Sequence record: LC597490.1
Length of the DNA: 64,000 nt
Direction: 5' to 3' (one strand)
Both the position numbers and the translations under genes were made by a program. The notes below the pieces were generated by a model. That model saw only the letters and a program-made list of their open reading frames with translations, was not told the DNA's origin and did no database searches. This document shows, piece after piece, positions 46,860 to 55,445 of the stretch; the stretch's first letter is position 1; every line of letters starts with the position of its first letter.

Positions 46860-47200
46860 TGTATAACAAAGATGTTAAACCATTTCATCACATTTCAGCT
46901 TACCATGTCGTATATACATTCATGGAATTAGCATATGATGAAGCAGAGCCAAATGGTTATTTACGAGATATGTATCAAACTACTTTATTGGACTGGTATC
47001 ATGATTTAAAAGATGAAGTAGCTATGTCCTCAGCTCATTCTGCTTTTGAAGATTTCTATAACAACACTGAAATGGCAAGAGAAGACTTAGGAGAATTCGA
47101 ATCACAGTTACGAATCCTATGTGATAAAATTATGAAAAATTGGAAGCAACGAGATGAAGTCATTAAGTTTATTATTGATGGATATAAGGAGGAATATTGA
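46859..47200 (+). CDS. Hypothetical protein
   Basis: TAATG coupling. Confidence 0.65.
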   Translation: MYNKDVKPFHHISAYHVVYTFMELAYDEAEPNGYLRDMYQTTLLDWYHDLKDEVAMSSAHSAFEDFYNNTEMAREDLGEFESQLRILCDKIMKNWKQRDEVIKFIIDGYKEEY

Positions 47201-47479
47201 TTGGTTAAATTTTCTTTAGGTCAAACAGTTGTTACGCAAGGTGTTAACATTCTTATGGAAGAAGGTAGTCTTTCAAAAACAGATGTTAACAAAATGTTTT
47301 TAGATCATGCGACAGGTGAATGGGGAGAACTTACTAAAACAGACCAGAAGATGAATGAAAAAGCTATTGAAGATGGTGACCGCATTCTATCTAAGTATAC
47401 AAAGAATGGTTATGAGTTCTATGTAATTACAGAAGCAGACCGTTCCGCAACAACAGTATTACTTACAGATGAATATTAA
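47201..47479 (+). CDS. Conserved plasmid/phage hypothetical protein
   Basis: FSLGQTVVTQGV..H..GEWG..N..GDRILS.Y..YVITEADRSATTVLL..EY. Confidence 0.7.
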   Translation: MVKFSLGQTVVTQGVNILMEEGSLSKTDVNKMFLDHATGEWGELTKTDQKMNEKAIEDGDRILSKYTKNGYEFYVITEADRSATTVLLTDEY

Positions 47480-47536
47480 TTGTTGAGTTTTACTTTCATC
47501 TAAAGTAACATATGGATAAGAAAGGGAGAGGTAAAT

Positions 47537-47845
47537 ATGAACAAACGTATTATGAAAAAAACAAATAAATGGAAAGAACCATTTTGTCCAATCTGTCATG
47601 GTGAGATTGAGTACAAAGAAGGAAATCCTGAAGTAACATCTGCATGTGTAAAATGTGAACAGGTTACATATGGTCATAGAGAAGAAGACGTACTTGTCAT
47701 TACAGTCAATGGCAAACCATTTATTATCGACGATAACTTATCAGAGAAAGAATGGAGAGTACAAGTTAGTATTTACGAAAAAGTATTACGTCAATTACGT
47801 AAATTCTATCAACGTAGTGGAGGGATTCGTCGTGTACGTTCCTGA
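47537..47845 (+). CDS. Zinc-ribbon protein
   Basis: CPIC...CVKC. Confidence 0.6.
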   Translation: MNKRIMKKTNKWKEPFCPICHGEIEYKEGNPEVTSACVKCEQVTYGHREEDVLVITVNGKPFIIDDNLSEKEWRVQVSIYEKVLRQLRKFYQRSGGIRRVRS

Positions 47846-48353
47846 TGTTTGGTTTACTAGTGATACTCACCATGGACATAAAAACATTATAAAGTTTGAA
47901 CCAATCCGTAAGTGGGATAACACAGACGATATGGATGAAGCTTTAATTCAACGCTGGAACTCCAAGGTTAAACCGCATGACATCATCTTTCATATAGGTG
48001 ATGTCTTCTTATGTGGAGCAAAGCGTGCTGAATATATTGCAAGTCGCTTGAATGGTCGTAAGATATTAATCTTAGGTAACCATGATAGCTTTAGTAAGAA
48101 GAAGTATCGAGATATGGGCTTTGATGTTCATAACTATTATTTCTACGAAGACTTTCTATTAAGCCATTATCCACAGGATGGTAGATTACTATTACAAGCA
48201 CAGCAACATGGATTACGTGGCAACATTTGCGGCCATGTACATTCCAACATCGAAGGATTAAATCCTGATGTTCATTTTTGTGCTTGTGTAGAGAATCATG
48301 ACTTCTATCCTGTTCATATAGATACAATCAAACAAAGTTTTAAGGGGGAGTAA
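47832..48353 (+). CDS. Calcineurin-like metallophosphoesterase
   Basis: SDTHHGH, HIGDV, GNHD, SHYP, CGHVH; GTG 47832. Confidence 0.9.
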   Translation: MYVPDVWFTSDTHHGHKNIIKFEPIRKWDNTDDMDEALIQRWNSKVKPHDIIFHIGDVFLCGAKRAEYIASRLNGRKILILGNHDSFSKKKYRDMGFDVHNYYFYEDFLLSHYPQDGRLLLQAQQHGLRGNICGHVHSNIEGLNPDVHFCACVENHDFYPVHIDTIKQSFKGE

Positions 48354-48356
48354 GTT

Positions 48357-48689
48357 ATGTCTAAAGAGAAACTAGATTCCAACTTAGGCTGTATGTACAC
48401 TGTAATAGGAACTCTTTTGATTCCTGTTGCAATGATGACAAACGGTTTAGCTCTTATGTGGGCATGGAATTGGTTGGCTGTTCCAACTTTCGATATGCCA
48501 GCACTTACTTATTTACAAGCAGTTATTATTAACTTCTTATTATTGTTTGTTCGAAAAGGAACATCGTCGAACAACAAAATGGAAACGGATGACGATTTAA
48601 TGCGTTCATTCAAACAGATATTAGCGAAGGTATTCTTAGCACCAATCGTTAATATTGTTATTGCACTTGTTTTAAAATTATTTATTTAA
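48357..48689 (+). CDS. Membrane protein
   Basis: Three hydrophobic segments. Confidence 0.65.
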   Translation: MSKEKLDSNLGCMYTVIGTLLIPVAMMTNGLALMWAWNWLAVPTFDMPALTYLQAVIINFLLLFVRKGTSSNNKMETDDDLMRSFKQILAKVFLAPIVNIVIALVLKLFI

Positions 48690-48708
48690 TCAAAAGGGGA
48701 TATGTAAA

Positions 48709-48957
48709 ATGGCAATCGAAGTATTCAAGTATACAAAACCAAATTGTGGACCATGTGTATTAGTAGGTAACTACTTAAATGAACATGATGTAAAAAACAT
48801 CGAACGTGATGTATATGAGTTCACTGAAGAGTATCAGAAACTAGGTGTATTTGGTACACCAGTAGTAGCTGCATTTAAAGATGGAGAACAAGTATTTCTA
48901 TCTGTTGGATTTAAAGAAGCTGAATTAGAAAAGCTTGTAGAATTAGTAAACGAATAG
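48709..48957 (+). CDS. NrdH/thioredoxin-like redoxin
   Basis: CGPC, GTPVV. Confidence 0.85.
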   Translation: MAIEVFKYTKPNCGPCVLVGNYLNEHDVKNIERDVYEFTEEYQKLGVFGTPVVAAFKDGEQVFLSVGFKEAELEKLVELVNE

Positions 48958-48970
48958 GGGGTCATGTGAC

Positions 48971-49660
48971 ATGACAGTATGGGCGATACTATTTATTCTA
49001 TCATTCTTCCTTTCTATGTATTTAATGATTGGCGGTTTATCCAAAGATCAAAAAGTAGCTGATGCAAAGAAGAAACTTCGTCGAGCTGAAGAAGCTCATA
49101 AGAAAGAAATTGAAGAATTAAAAGCACAACATGCAAAACAAATCAAAGACCGTGATGACATTACTATTGAAGTAGTGGACAAAGCTGCTGATAAAATCCG
49201 TAGTTTGGGAGCTATTATCGACAAGCGAGATGGAAAAGGAACTGCTCGTGAAATTGTAACAGAACGTACTCATTACAATGAACAACGTACAGACATTTCA
49301 TATAGAGTATTGTATGACCATCTTGCAAAGCAATTAGATAAGAAGCCAGAACAACCAAAGCCAGTTCAAATGAAGAAACACGTAACACCATTTGGTGGTT
49401 GGAGTGGAGGAAGCGGTGGTTCTTCATCGTCTTCGTCATCATCAAGTTCTAGCCCTAGACGTTCTGGAAGTAGTTCATCTTCTCGTTCTTCTAGCTCAAG
49501 CGATTACTCAAGTAGTTATGATTATGGTTCTTCATATAGTTCGTATGATAGCGGTAGTAGCTCTTCTTATAGCTCAGGTGGTAGCTGTGGTTCTAGCTCA
49601 AGCTCTTATTCAGATTCAAGTTCTAGCTCAGATTCAGGTGGTTACGGTGGCTGTGATTGA
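48971..49660 (+). CDS. Membrane-anchored coiled-coil protein with Ser/Gly/Tyr-rich tail
   Basis: N-terminal TM; about 85 aa poly-Ser tail. Confidence 0.75.
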   Translation: MTVWAILFILSFFLSMYLMIGGLSKDQKVADAKKKLRRAEEAHKKEIEELKAQHAKQIKDRDDITIEVVDKAADKIRSLGAIIDKRDGKGTAREIVTERTHYNEQRTDISYRVLYDHLAKQLDKKPEQPKPVQMKKHVTPFGGWSGGSGGSSSSSSSSSSSPRRSGSSSSSRSSSSSDYSSSYDYGSSYSSYDSGSSSSYSSGGSCGSSSSSYSDSSSSSDSGGYGGCD

Positions 49661-49937
49661 TAGGGGGTATCTTACCCCCTCCCAGCTTTACGGGCATCCA
49701 AGAGACACTATCACAATGCGTGAATATGCAGATAACATCCAACCTGTAATAGTGGATTATCAATACGAACCATATGATAGGATTCTAACTGAAGAGATGA
49801 AAAAATATATGGAGCAACTTGAAAAACAACTGTATAAGAGTATTATGGATAGTTATGATGATTCTTTGAAGAACATCATTAAACCTTCTAACGAGAAGAC
49901 AGTTAAACGTATGAAACAGGAGGATGAGGTTTCATGA
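49653..49937 (+). CDS. Array F ORF 1, C-tagged (start uncertain: GTG 49653 or ATG 49716)
   Basis: Ends N-EKTVKR-MKQE. Confidence 0.5.
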   Translation: MIDRGYLTPSQLYGHPRDTITMREYADNIQPVIVDYQYEPYDRILTEEMKKYMEQLEKQLYKSIMDSYDDSLKNIIKPSNEKTVKRMKQEDEVS

Positions 49938-50455
49938 CGACATTTAGAGGTGCCGATGTAATTGCTACATTTAATGACCAAGTTATTGGAAGATTAAATC
50001 CTATTAGCTATTCCGTTAGTAGAGAAAGTGCTCCTAGATATTACATGGGAACTCCAGGACACAATAGTTTCTCTAGAGGATTTACTTCAGAAGTTACATT
50101 ATCAAATGTAATAGCTGATGAGTCACAAGAGCAAACTAGAAGAAACTTAATCGAACATTTAGATTTAAGTGATGATTTTACATTTTCTCAATTATCTAAT
50201 GCAGTACGTTTGTCATATGGTTATGCTAGAGGAATGGGTAGAGGATTTCCTGGGAACTTTAGACTTCAGGTAGATGAAGTTGATTACTCTATGTTGTATC
50301 CTGCTACTTTCAGTGTGATTAAGGTTAGAGCATTGGATTTTAAGAAGTTTATTCGTCCGATTGAAATGGATGAAAGTAAGTTTACCTATGTGAATCCAAA
50401 TAACTCTTTTAGAAGTTGGAAACTGAATCGAGAGGAGGAAGTTTACTATGACTAA
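49934..50455 (+). CDS. Array F ORF 2: tail-tube-like N-terminus, C-tagged
   Basis: TFRGADVIATFNDQVIGRLNPISYSVSRESAPRYYMG..SFSRG matches recalled FSGADIVATF..VIGEL..ITYSV.REKAP.Y.MG..SFSRG; ends N-SFRSWK-LNRE. Confidence 0.6.
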   Translation: MTTFRGADVIATFNDQVIGRLNPISYSVSRESAPRYYMGTPGHNSFSRGFTSEVTLSNVIADESQEQTRRNLIEHLDLSDDFTFSQLSNAVRLSYGYARGMGRGFPGNFRLQVDEVDYSMLYPATFSVIKVRALDFKKFIRPIEMDESKFTYVNPNNSFRSWKLNREEEVYYD

Positions 50456-50759
50456 TGAGTATGCGAAACTATCCGCCCAGAGAATTACTGAAGAAGCAGT
50501 TCGATTAATGAAAGAAGCTTGTTCTCCATACGTTGGGCAGCCAGTTAATCAAACTAAACAAAGTGTAGCAGATGCTATGGCTCGTCATTTGCAAAAGTTC
50601 TTTTCAGATGATTGGAAAATAGAAGTTGCTGAAGATGGTATGGGTACATTTACATACTTAAAACCAGTAACAGTAACAACAGCAACACTTGATATGCGTC
50701 ATGTTTTAAACAACAATTTCTTTCTAGATAAAATGAAAGAAGAAACTGCATATGATTAA
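50448..50759 (+). CDS. Array F ORF 3: tail-sheath C-terminal-like fragment, C-tagged
   Basis: LSAQRITEEAVRLMKEACSPYVGQPVN resembles recalled sheath LS..RI..EAV......PFIGEPN; ends N-NFFLDK-MKEE. Confidence 0.5.
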   Translation: MTNEYAKLSAQRITEEAVRLMKEACSPYVGQPVNQTKQSVADAMARHLQKFFSDDWKIEVAEDGMGTFTYLKPVTVTTATLDMRHVLNNNFFLDKMKEETAYD

Positions 50760-51057
50760 TTACTCAAATACAATTAAACAAGAGCTACAAACGATATCTG
50801 CTACATTTGAAAGTGAAGGAGATAGAGAATCAACTGTTCAAGAAATGAATGGGATTATTCAAAATAGATTATCTATGATGACATTGGGTACCACTATACA
50901 TGAAATAAAATGTGAACAAGGTAATGATGGCAAGTTTCATCTCAAGATAAAATTTGCACCTCCCCCTTTAGACAAAATTTATGTAAACATGAATCTAACA
51001 CCCAATAGGAATCAATTTAATATCCATTCGTGGAACAAAGAAGCCTCTTACGATTAA
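50752..51057 (+). CDS. Array F ORF 4: possible sheath extreme C-terminal fragment, C-tagged
   Basis: L.MM..G..I...HLKIKFAP..LDKIYVNMNL; ends N-QFNIHS-WNKE. Confidence 0.45.
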   Translation: MINYSNTIKQELQTISATFESEGDRESTVQEMNGIIQNRLSMMTLGTTIHEIKCEQGNDGKFHLKIKFAPPPLDKIYVNMNLTPNRNQFNIHSWNKEASYD

Positions 51058-51091
51058 GTAAGGGGCTTTTTTTATGAAAGGAGGTGAGTCA

Positions 51092-51217
51092 ATGACGTGC
51101 TCTCAATGTGATGGTAAAGGTGCAGTTCCTATAGACATGACTATACATACTAGTGTATATAAAGTATGTGGGAAATGTGATGGTACTGGAAAGGAGGAGA
51201 GGGATGGCAATTGCTAA
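51092..51217 (+). CDS. 41 aa DnaJ-type zinc finger (not in ORF track)
   Basis: CSQCDGKG...CGKCDGTG; SD aggaggtg. Confidence 0.7.
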   Translation: MTCSQCDGKGAVPIDMTIHTSVYKVCGKCDGTGKEERDGNC

Positions 51218-51710
51218 AGAGATAGAAACTGGAATGGTTTTGGGGAAATTTATCGACGAAAGAGGTTTGGTCTATTACAAGCGTGATCCAAAAACAAGGA
51301 AACTTGTAACAGATGAGAATGGTGAATATATACAAATTACAGAGTCGCATTACTATCTAGTGTATTTACATTCACGTCGTGAACGAACAACAGGTATTTA
51401 TATACCAGCAAAGCTTTCGCCATATTTGCGTAAGTTAAACATCAAGTTTACTAGTAAGTCGAATCATCATACGTATGGTCCTGTTGATTATGCGGTTGGC
51501 TGTAGGTTAAGAAGAGTTACAAAAGATGAGTATGACAGAACAAGTATTCATCGTTCTGCTAAAGCTTATTATGACAAAGTAAAAAATGGTGAGGTTCAAA
51601 TCAAGCTGACAACAGAAGAACAAAGTCCTTACTTTGAGCCTATCAGAAGTAAAACATTGGCGTTGTGCGGAGTAAAAGAAGATGAAAATTTATCCTCTTA
51701 TTACTCTTAA
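51204..51710 (+). CDS. Hypothetical protein
   Basis: SD aggagg before ATG 51204. Confidence 0.65.
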   Translation: MAIAKEIETGMVLGKFIDERGLVYYKRDPKTRKLVTDENGEYIQITESHYYLVYLHSRRERTTGIYIPAKLSPYLRKLNIKFTSKSNHHTYGPVDYAVGCRLRRVTKDEYDRTSIHRSAKAYYDKVKNGEVQIKLTTEEQSPYFEPIRSKTLALCGVKEDENLSSYYS

Positions 51711-51818
51711 ACGCCTAGTGTTTTCAATTGAGTTTTCTATTAAACTATGAGAAAATGGAAATACAAGATTGTTTTTCCATCTCAGATAAATCACACAGAT
51801 GAAAGGAAGTTTTATATT

Positions 51819-52355
51819 ATGGCAATTTCAACAACAACAATTGTGGGTCGTTTAACAAAGGACCCAGTAGTGGAGTACAAACAAATTAATGGAGACCAAG
51901 TTGCATTTGCAAAGTTTACTGTAGCAGTAGATGAGTACAATAACGATCCTGATTTTTACAATGTAGTTGCATGGAGAAAGTTAGCAGAGAATGCAGGTAA
52001 GTTCCTTGAGAAAGGTCGAGAAGTAGCTGTAACTGGTCGTATGAAAATGAAGAGCTATACGAAGAACGTAAAAGGAGAAGAGGTATTTATCCCAGCTCCA
52101 GAATTACGTGCAGCAGAAATCCAGTTTATTGGTGGACGTGGCGATAACTCTCAAGGTGGAAATGGTGGCGGACAACAACGTCAACAACGACCAGCTAATC
52201 AAGGCAACCGTGGTGGTCAACAAAACAATTATCGTGGAAACCAAGGACAAAACTCTGGTTATAGCAACCAAAATCAAACAGGGCCAGTACCAGGTCAAAA
52301 CAATACTGGTGGAGGAAGCCCTTGGGGTATGAGTGACGACGACCTACCATTCTAA
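51819..52355 (+). CDS. ssb: Single-stranded DNA-binding protein
   Basis: IVGRLTKDP, FTVAV, VVAWRKLAEN, G/Q/N linker, DDDLPF tail. Confidence 0.95.
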   Translation: MAISTTTIVGRLTKDPVVEYKQINGDQVAFAKFTVAVDEYNNDPDFYNVVAWRKLAENAGKFLEKGREVAVTGRMKMKSYTKNVKGEEVFIPAPELRAAEIQFIGGRGDNSQGGNGGGQQRQQRPANQGNRGGQQNNYRGNQGQNSGYSNQNQTGPVPGQNNTGGGSPWGMSDDDLPF

Positions 52356-52392
52356 GGTGGGTTGTCTCCCCTAAGGGGGAAGGGAGAATAGA

Positions 52393-52719
52393 ATGAGTGA
52401 CCAACGTAAAAACAGAAAAGAACTACGCACAGGTTTGTATCAGTTCTTGATGATGATGTATTCATCTTATTTAGAATCACAATCACAAGAAGATGCGAAA
52501 TCATTTGTACAACAGGAATTGCAGCATCAATATCGCTTATTCTTTAGTGAAGACATTGATGATGAAATTCTTTTTCTTTTGCTTGAAGAAAGAATTGCGG
52601 CTTTCAAAGATAAATTGATAGAGGCAAAACAAGCAAAGGAAGGGGATTTAGTCCTTCATTACACAGAACAAATAGAAGATATGAAGAAAGTAATGTCATC
52701 AATTAAAAAGGGGAAATGA
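52393..52719 (+). CDS. Hypothetical protein
   Basis: 108 aa, SD gggag. Confidence 0.65.
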   Translation: MSDQRKNRKELRTGLYQFLMMMYSSYLESQSQEDAKSFVQQELQHQYRLFFSEDIDDEILFLLLEERIAAFKDKLIEAKQAKEGDLVLHYTEQIEDMKKVMSSIKKGK

Positions 52720-53798
52720 GAATGTCAGAATTAGATAAAGCCATGGCAGCCATTAACAAAAAATTAGGTAGAACAGTAGTAACACGTTTAACAGAGGACT
52801 TTGTACCTCATGTGAATGTATTTAATACTGGTTCACTTACACTGGATTTAGCAATAGGTCGTGGAGGATATCCTCGTGGTCGTATTGTTGAAATCTTTGG
52901 TGAAGAGTCATCAGGAAAAACGACTCTTTGTTTATTGGCGATTGCTGAAATGCAAAAGTTAAATGAGGGTGCTTGTGTATTCGTAGATTATGAGCACACA
53001 TTCGACGCTCAATTAGCAGCTGCATATGGTGTTGATGTAGAAAAGTTAATCTATATTGACCCTAAAACAGCAGAAGAAGGTATTGACGTTACTGAAGCGT
53101 TAGTACGTACTGGTGAAGTACGATTAGTTGTTAAGGATAGTGTATCTGCAATGGTACCAGCTAAGATTGCTGACTCATCTATTGAACAGCAAACAATGGG
53201 CTTGCTTGCTAGATTCATGAGTACAGTATGTCAGAAGTTAACTGGCCCAGCTTATGCAAATGATTGTACAATTGTCTTCATCAACCAAGTACGTGAAAAG
53301 ATTGGTGCTTATTCTCCAGTTCCTGGTCAAGCAGCAATCACTACTTCAGGTGGACGAGCATTACCATTCTATTCTACAATTCGTCTTCACATCAAACGTA
53401 AGGACCGTTTAAAAGCTCCAGATGGAACTCCAATTGGTCAAAAGATTCTTGCTCGTGTTATTAAAAATAAGATTGGCGTTCCAAATAAAGAGGCATTATT
53501 TGATTTATATTACAATGTAGGTGTTGATAAGGTAGATGAGATTGCTCAGATTGCAGTCTTAGCTGGTATTATCAAGAAAGGTGGAGCATGGCTTCGCTTT
53601 GAAGAACCAAATGGAGAAGTACGAGTTGTTGGTGATGTTGAATATAAATGGCAAGGGAATGCAAAATACCTTGAGTTCTTACAAAACAATCCAATGTTTG
53701 TAATGGAACTTGAAGATCGTATTCGTGGTCGTGAAGTAGAAGCTCCTGAAGCTCGTATCGAAGAGGGCGAAGGTGCAGTAGACGAAAATGCATATTAA
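52716..53798 (+). CDS. recA: Recombinase A
   Basis: TGSLTLDLAIG.GGYPRGRIVEIFGEESSGKTT, DSVSA, FINQVREKIG, GGRALPFY, KNKI. Confidence 0.95.
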   Translation: MRMSELDKAMAAINKKLGRTVVTRLTEDFVPHVNVFNTGSLTLDLAIGRGGYPRGRIVEIFGEESSGKTTLCLLAIAEMQKLNEGACVFVDYEHTFDAQLAAAYGVDVEKLIYIDPKTAEEGIDVTEALVRTGEVRLVVKDSVSAMVPAKIADSSIEQQTMGLLARFMSTVCQKLTGPAYANDCTIVFINQVREKIGAYSPVPGQAAITTSGGRALPFYSTIRLHIKRKDRLKAPDGTPIGQKILARVIKNKIGVPNKEALFDLYYNVGVDKVDEIAQIAVLAGIIKKGGAWLRFEEPNGEVRVVGDVEYKWQGNAKYLEFLQNNPMFVMELEDRIRGREVEAPEARIEEGEGAVDENAY

Positions 53799-53803
53799 GA
53801 GAT

Positions 53804-53829
53804 AGGCGGGAAACCGCCTTTTCTTTTTA
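53804..53829 (+). terminator. Intrinsic terminator
   Basis: aggcgg-gaaa-ccgcct followed by T tract. Confidence 0.75.
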
Positions 53830-53845
53830 TTAAAGGAGAGATATC

Positions 53846-54556
53846 ATGGAAGAAGTTAAGAAACTTATTCAAGATGCAAAAAAGATCACATTCTTAACTG
53901 GTGCTGGTATGAGTACAGCAAGTGGTATTCCAGACTTTCGTTCCAGTAAAGGATTAAAAGGAAAGCATATTCCATTTGAAAAACTATTAAGCTTACCTTA
54001 CTTTAAAAGTAACAGAGCAGAATTTTGGGATAACCTATATGAAATCCTACACCTAGATACATTACATATGAAAGAACCAAACATAGGTCATAAATGGATT
54101 GCTGACTTACAAAAAGATAAAAAGATTTGGGTTGTCACTCAGAACATTGATGCGCTTCATCAAAAAGCTGGAAGCGAAAATGTAATTGAGGTACATGGTA
54201 ACCTAGTAGGTGGTCATTGTACAAAGTGTAAAGAAATTCATTCAATTGATTATTCATTAGGAGCACTACCAAATTGTCCGAAAGATGATTTACTATTAAA
54301 ACCAAACATTGTTCTCTATGGTGAAGACGTATATGGTATGCATGATGGTATTACTCATGCTGTAACATCAGATGTTGTGATTGTTATGGGAACAAGCCTT
54401 CAAGTATTTCCGTTTAACTCCTTAGTAGATAATGCAGCAATGAGTCCGACAACAAAAACTATCTTAGTTAATGAATCAGAAACTGAGAAAGATAGACTAT
54501 TTGACTATAAGTTAAATATGAATATCGTTGACTTTGTAAAGGAAGTGACAAGGTAA
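53846..54556 (+). CDS. Sir2-family NAD-dependent deacylase
   Basis: TGAGMSTASGIPDFRS, TQNIDALH, EVHG, CxxC, KPNIVLYGE, GTSLQV. Confidence 0.9.
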   Translation: MEEVKKLIQDAKKITFLTGAGMSTASGIPDFRSSKGLKGKHIPFEKLLSLPYFKSNRAEFWDNLYEILHLDTLHMKEPNIGHKWIADLQKDKKIWVVTQNIDALHQKAGSENVIEVHGNLVGGHCTKCKEIHSIDYSLGALPNCPKDDLLLKPNIVLYGEDVYGMHDGITHAVTSDVVIVMGTSLQVFPFNSLVDNAAMSPTTKTILVNESETEKDRLFDYKLNMNIVDFVKEVTR

Positions 54557-54780
54557 TGGTTCGTGAATACAAAAGGCTTTCACAAAATGGTTGGGAAGAC
54601 GTACACATCTCAGCATTAGAACCAGGAGATGTTATTTGCATTTATGATAACCATGAACGTCATGTGGATTTTAAAGGCAATAATGTTTGGACTGTTCAAC
54701 AAAAACCATATCAAGACAAAGACACTAACTTGTACTATGTGGAGGTCTTAGAAGACTATGGAGATTCTGTACTCGTATAA
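54556..54780 (+). CDS. Hypothetical protein
   Basis: TAATG coupling. Confidence 0.6.
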   Translation: MVREYKRLSQNGWEDVHISALEPGDVICIYDNHERHVDFKGNNVWTVQQKPYQDKDTNLYYVEVLEDYGDSVLV

Positions 54781-55060
54781 CTCAGGTGATAAATGGGGTG
54801 CGTTTGCTGTAGCTGTCTTTATTGCCTTTCTCATGTTATTACTTGCTTATGTAAAATTAACAGAAGAAGAAAAGTATAAAGCGGCGATTGCATTTACTCT
54901 AGTAGGCATATTAGCTATGAGCGCAGCAGTTTACTTTGCAATGGATAAACCTCAAAAGATACTTAAAGTAACAATTAAAGAAGGTCAAACTTTAGATTTA
55001 TTAAAGTATGAATTGATTGATGAAGAAGGAAAAATCTATACCATTAAAGAAAGGAAGTAA
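54758..55060 (+). CDS. Membrane protein
   Basis: 2 TM; same architecture as the 21352/21699 pair. Confidence 0.6.
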   Translation: MEILYSYNSGDKWGAFAVAVFIAFLMLLLAYVKLTEEEKYKAAIAFTLVGILAMSAAVYFAMDKPQKILKVTIKEGQTLDLLKYELIDEEGKIYTIKERK

Positions 55061-55064
55061 TCCT

Positions 55065-55433
55065 ATGGCACAGATTGTTCTTGTAGATTCAGAAGGTCAT
55101 GATAGGTTTGTAGTTGAAGTTAAACCAGGTAAAGCTTATGTAGATTTCGATGTAGAAGAAGTAGTTGCATGGGGCGGTAACGACGATTATTATACCTATT
55201 CTCAAACAGAACACTATTTAGAATGTACAATTAAATGGGATAGCTGTTGTCATTATCATTTCGGTAACGAAGGATATATTCATATGTGTGGTGCAGAAGC
55301 ATACTATATGCATTTTGCATTATTAACTGCACTGTATGATATCGCTCCGAATTATATGGAAATGGTAGATGAGCTTGATGAAGAATGGGAATTTGATTTT
55401 CCTAAGAAGTATCTGTTAACAGTCAAACAATAA
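55065..55433 (+). CDS. Hypothetical protein
   Basis: SD aaggaag before ATG 55065. Confidence 0.6.
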   Translation: MAQIVLVDSEGHDRFVVEVKPGKAYVDFDVEEVVAWGGNDDYYTYSQTEHYLECTIKWDSCCHYHFGNEGYIHMCGAEAYYMHFALLTALYDIAPNYMEMVDELDEEWEFDFPKKYLLTVKQ

Positions 55434-55445
55434 AAGTAAAAGAGG

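Noticed and set aside
49392-49652. Upstream 87 codons of ORF 49392-49937
   Set aside because: Alternative-frame shadow of the poly-Ser tail of 48971-49660 (Val/Leu/Ala-rich artefact).
49400-49660. Ser/Gly/Tyr-rich tail as a novel repeat element
   Set aside because: Low-complexity tails on membrane-anchored phage proteins are common and there is no exact DNA repeat.
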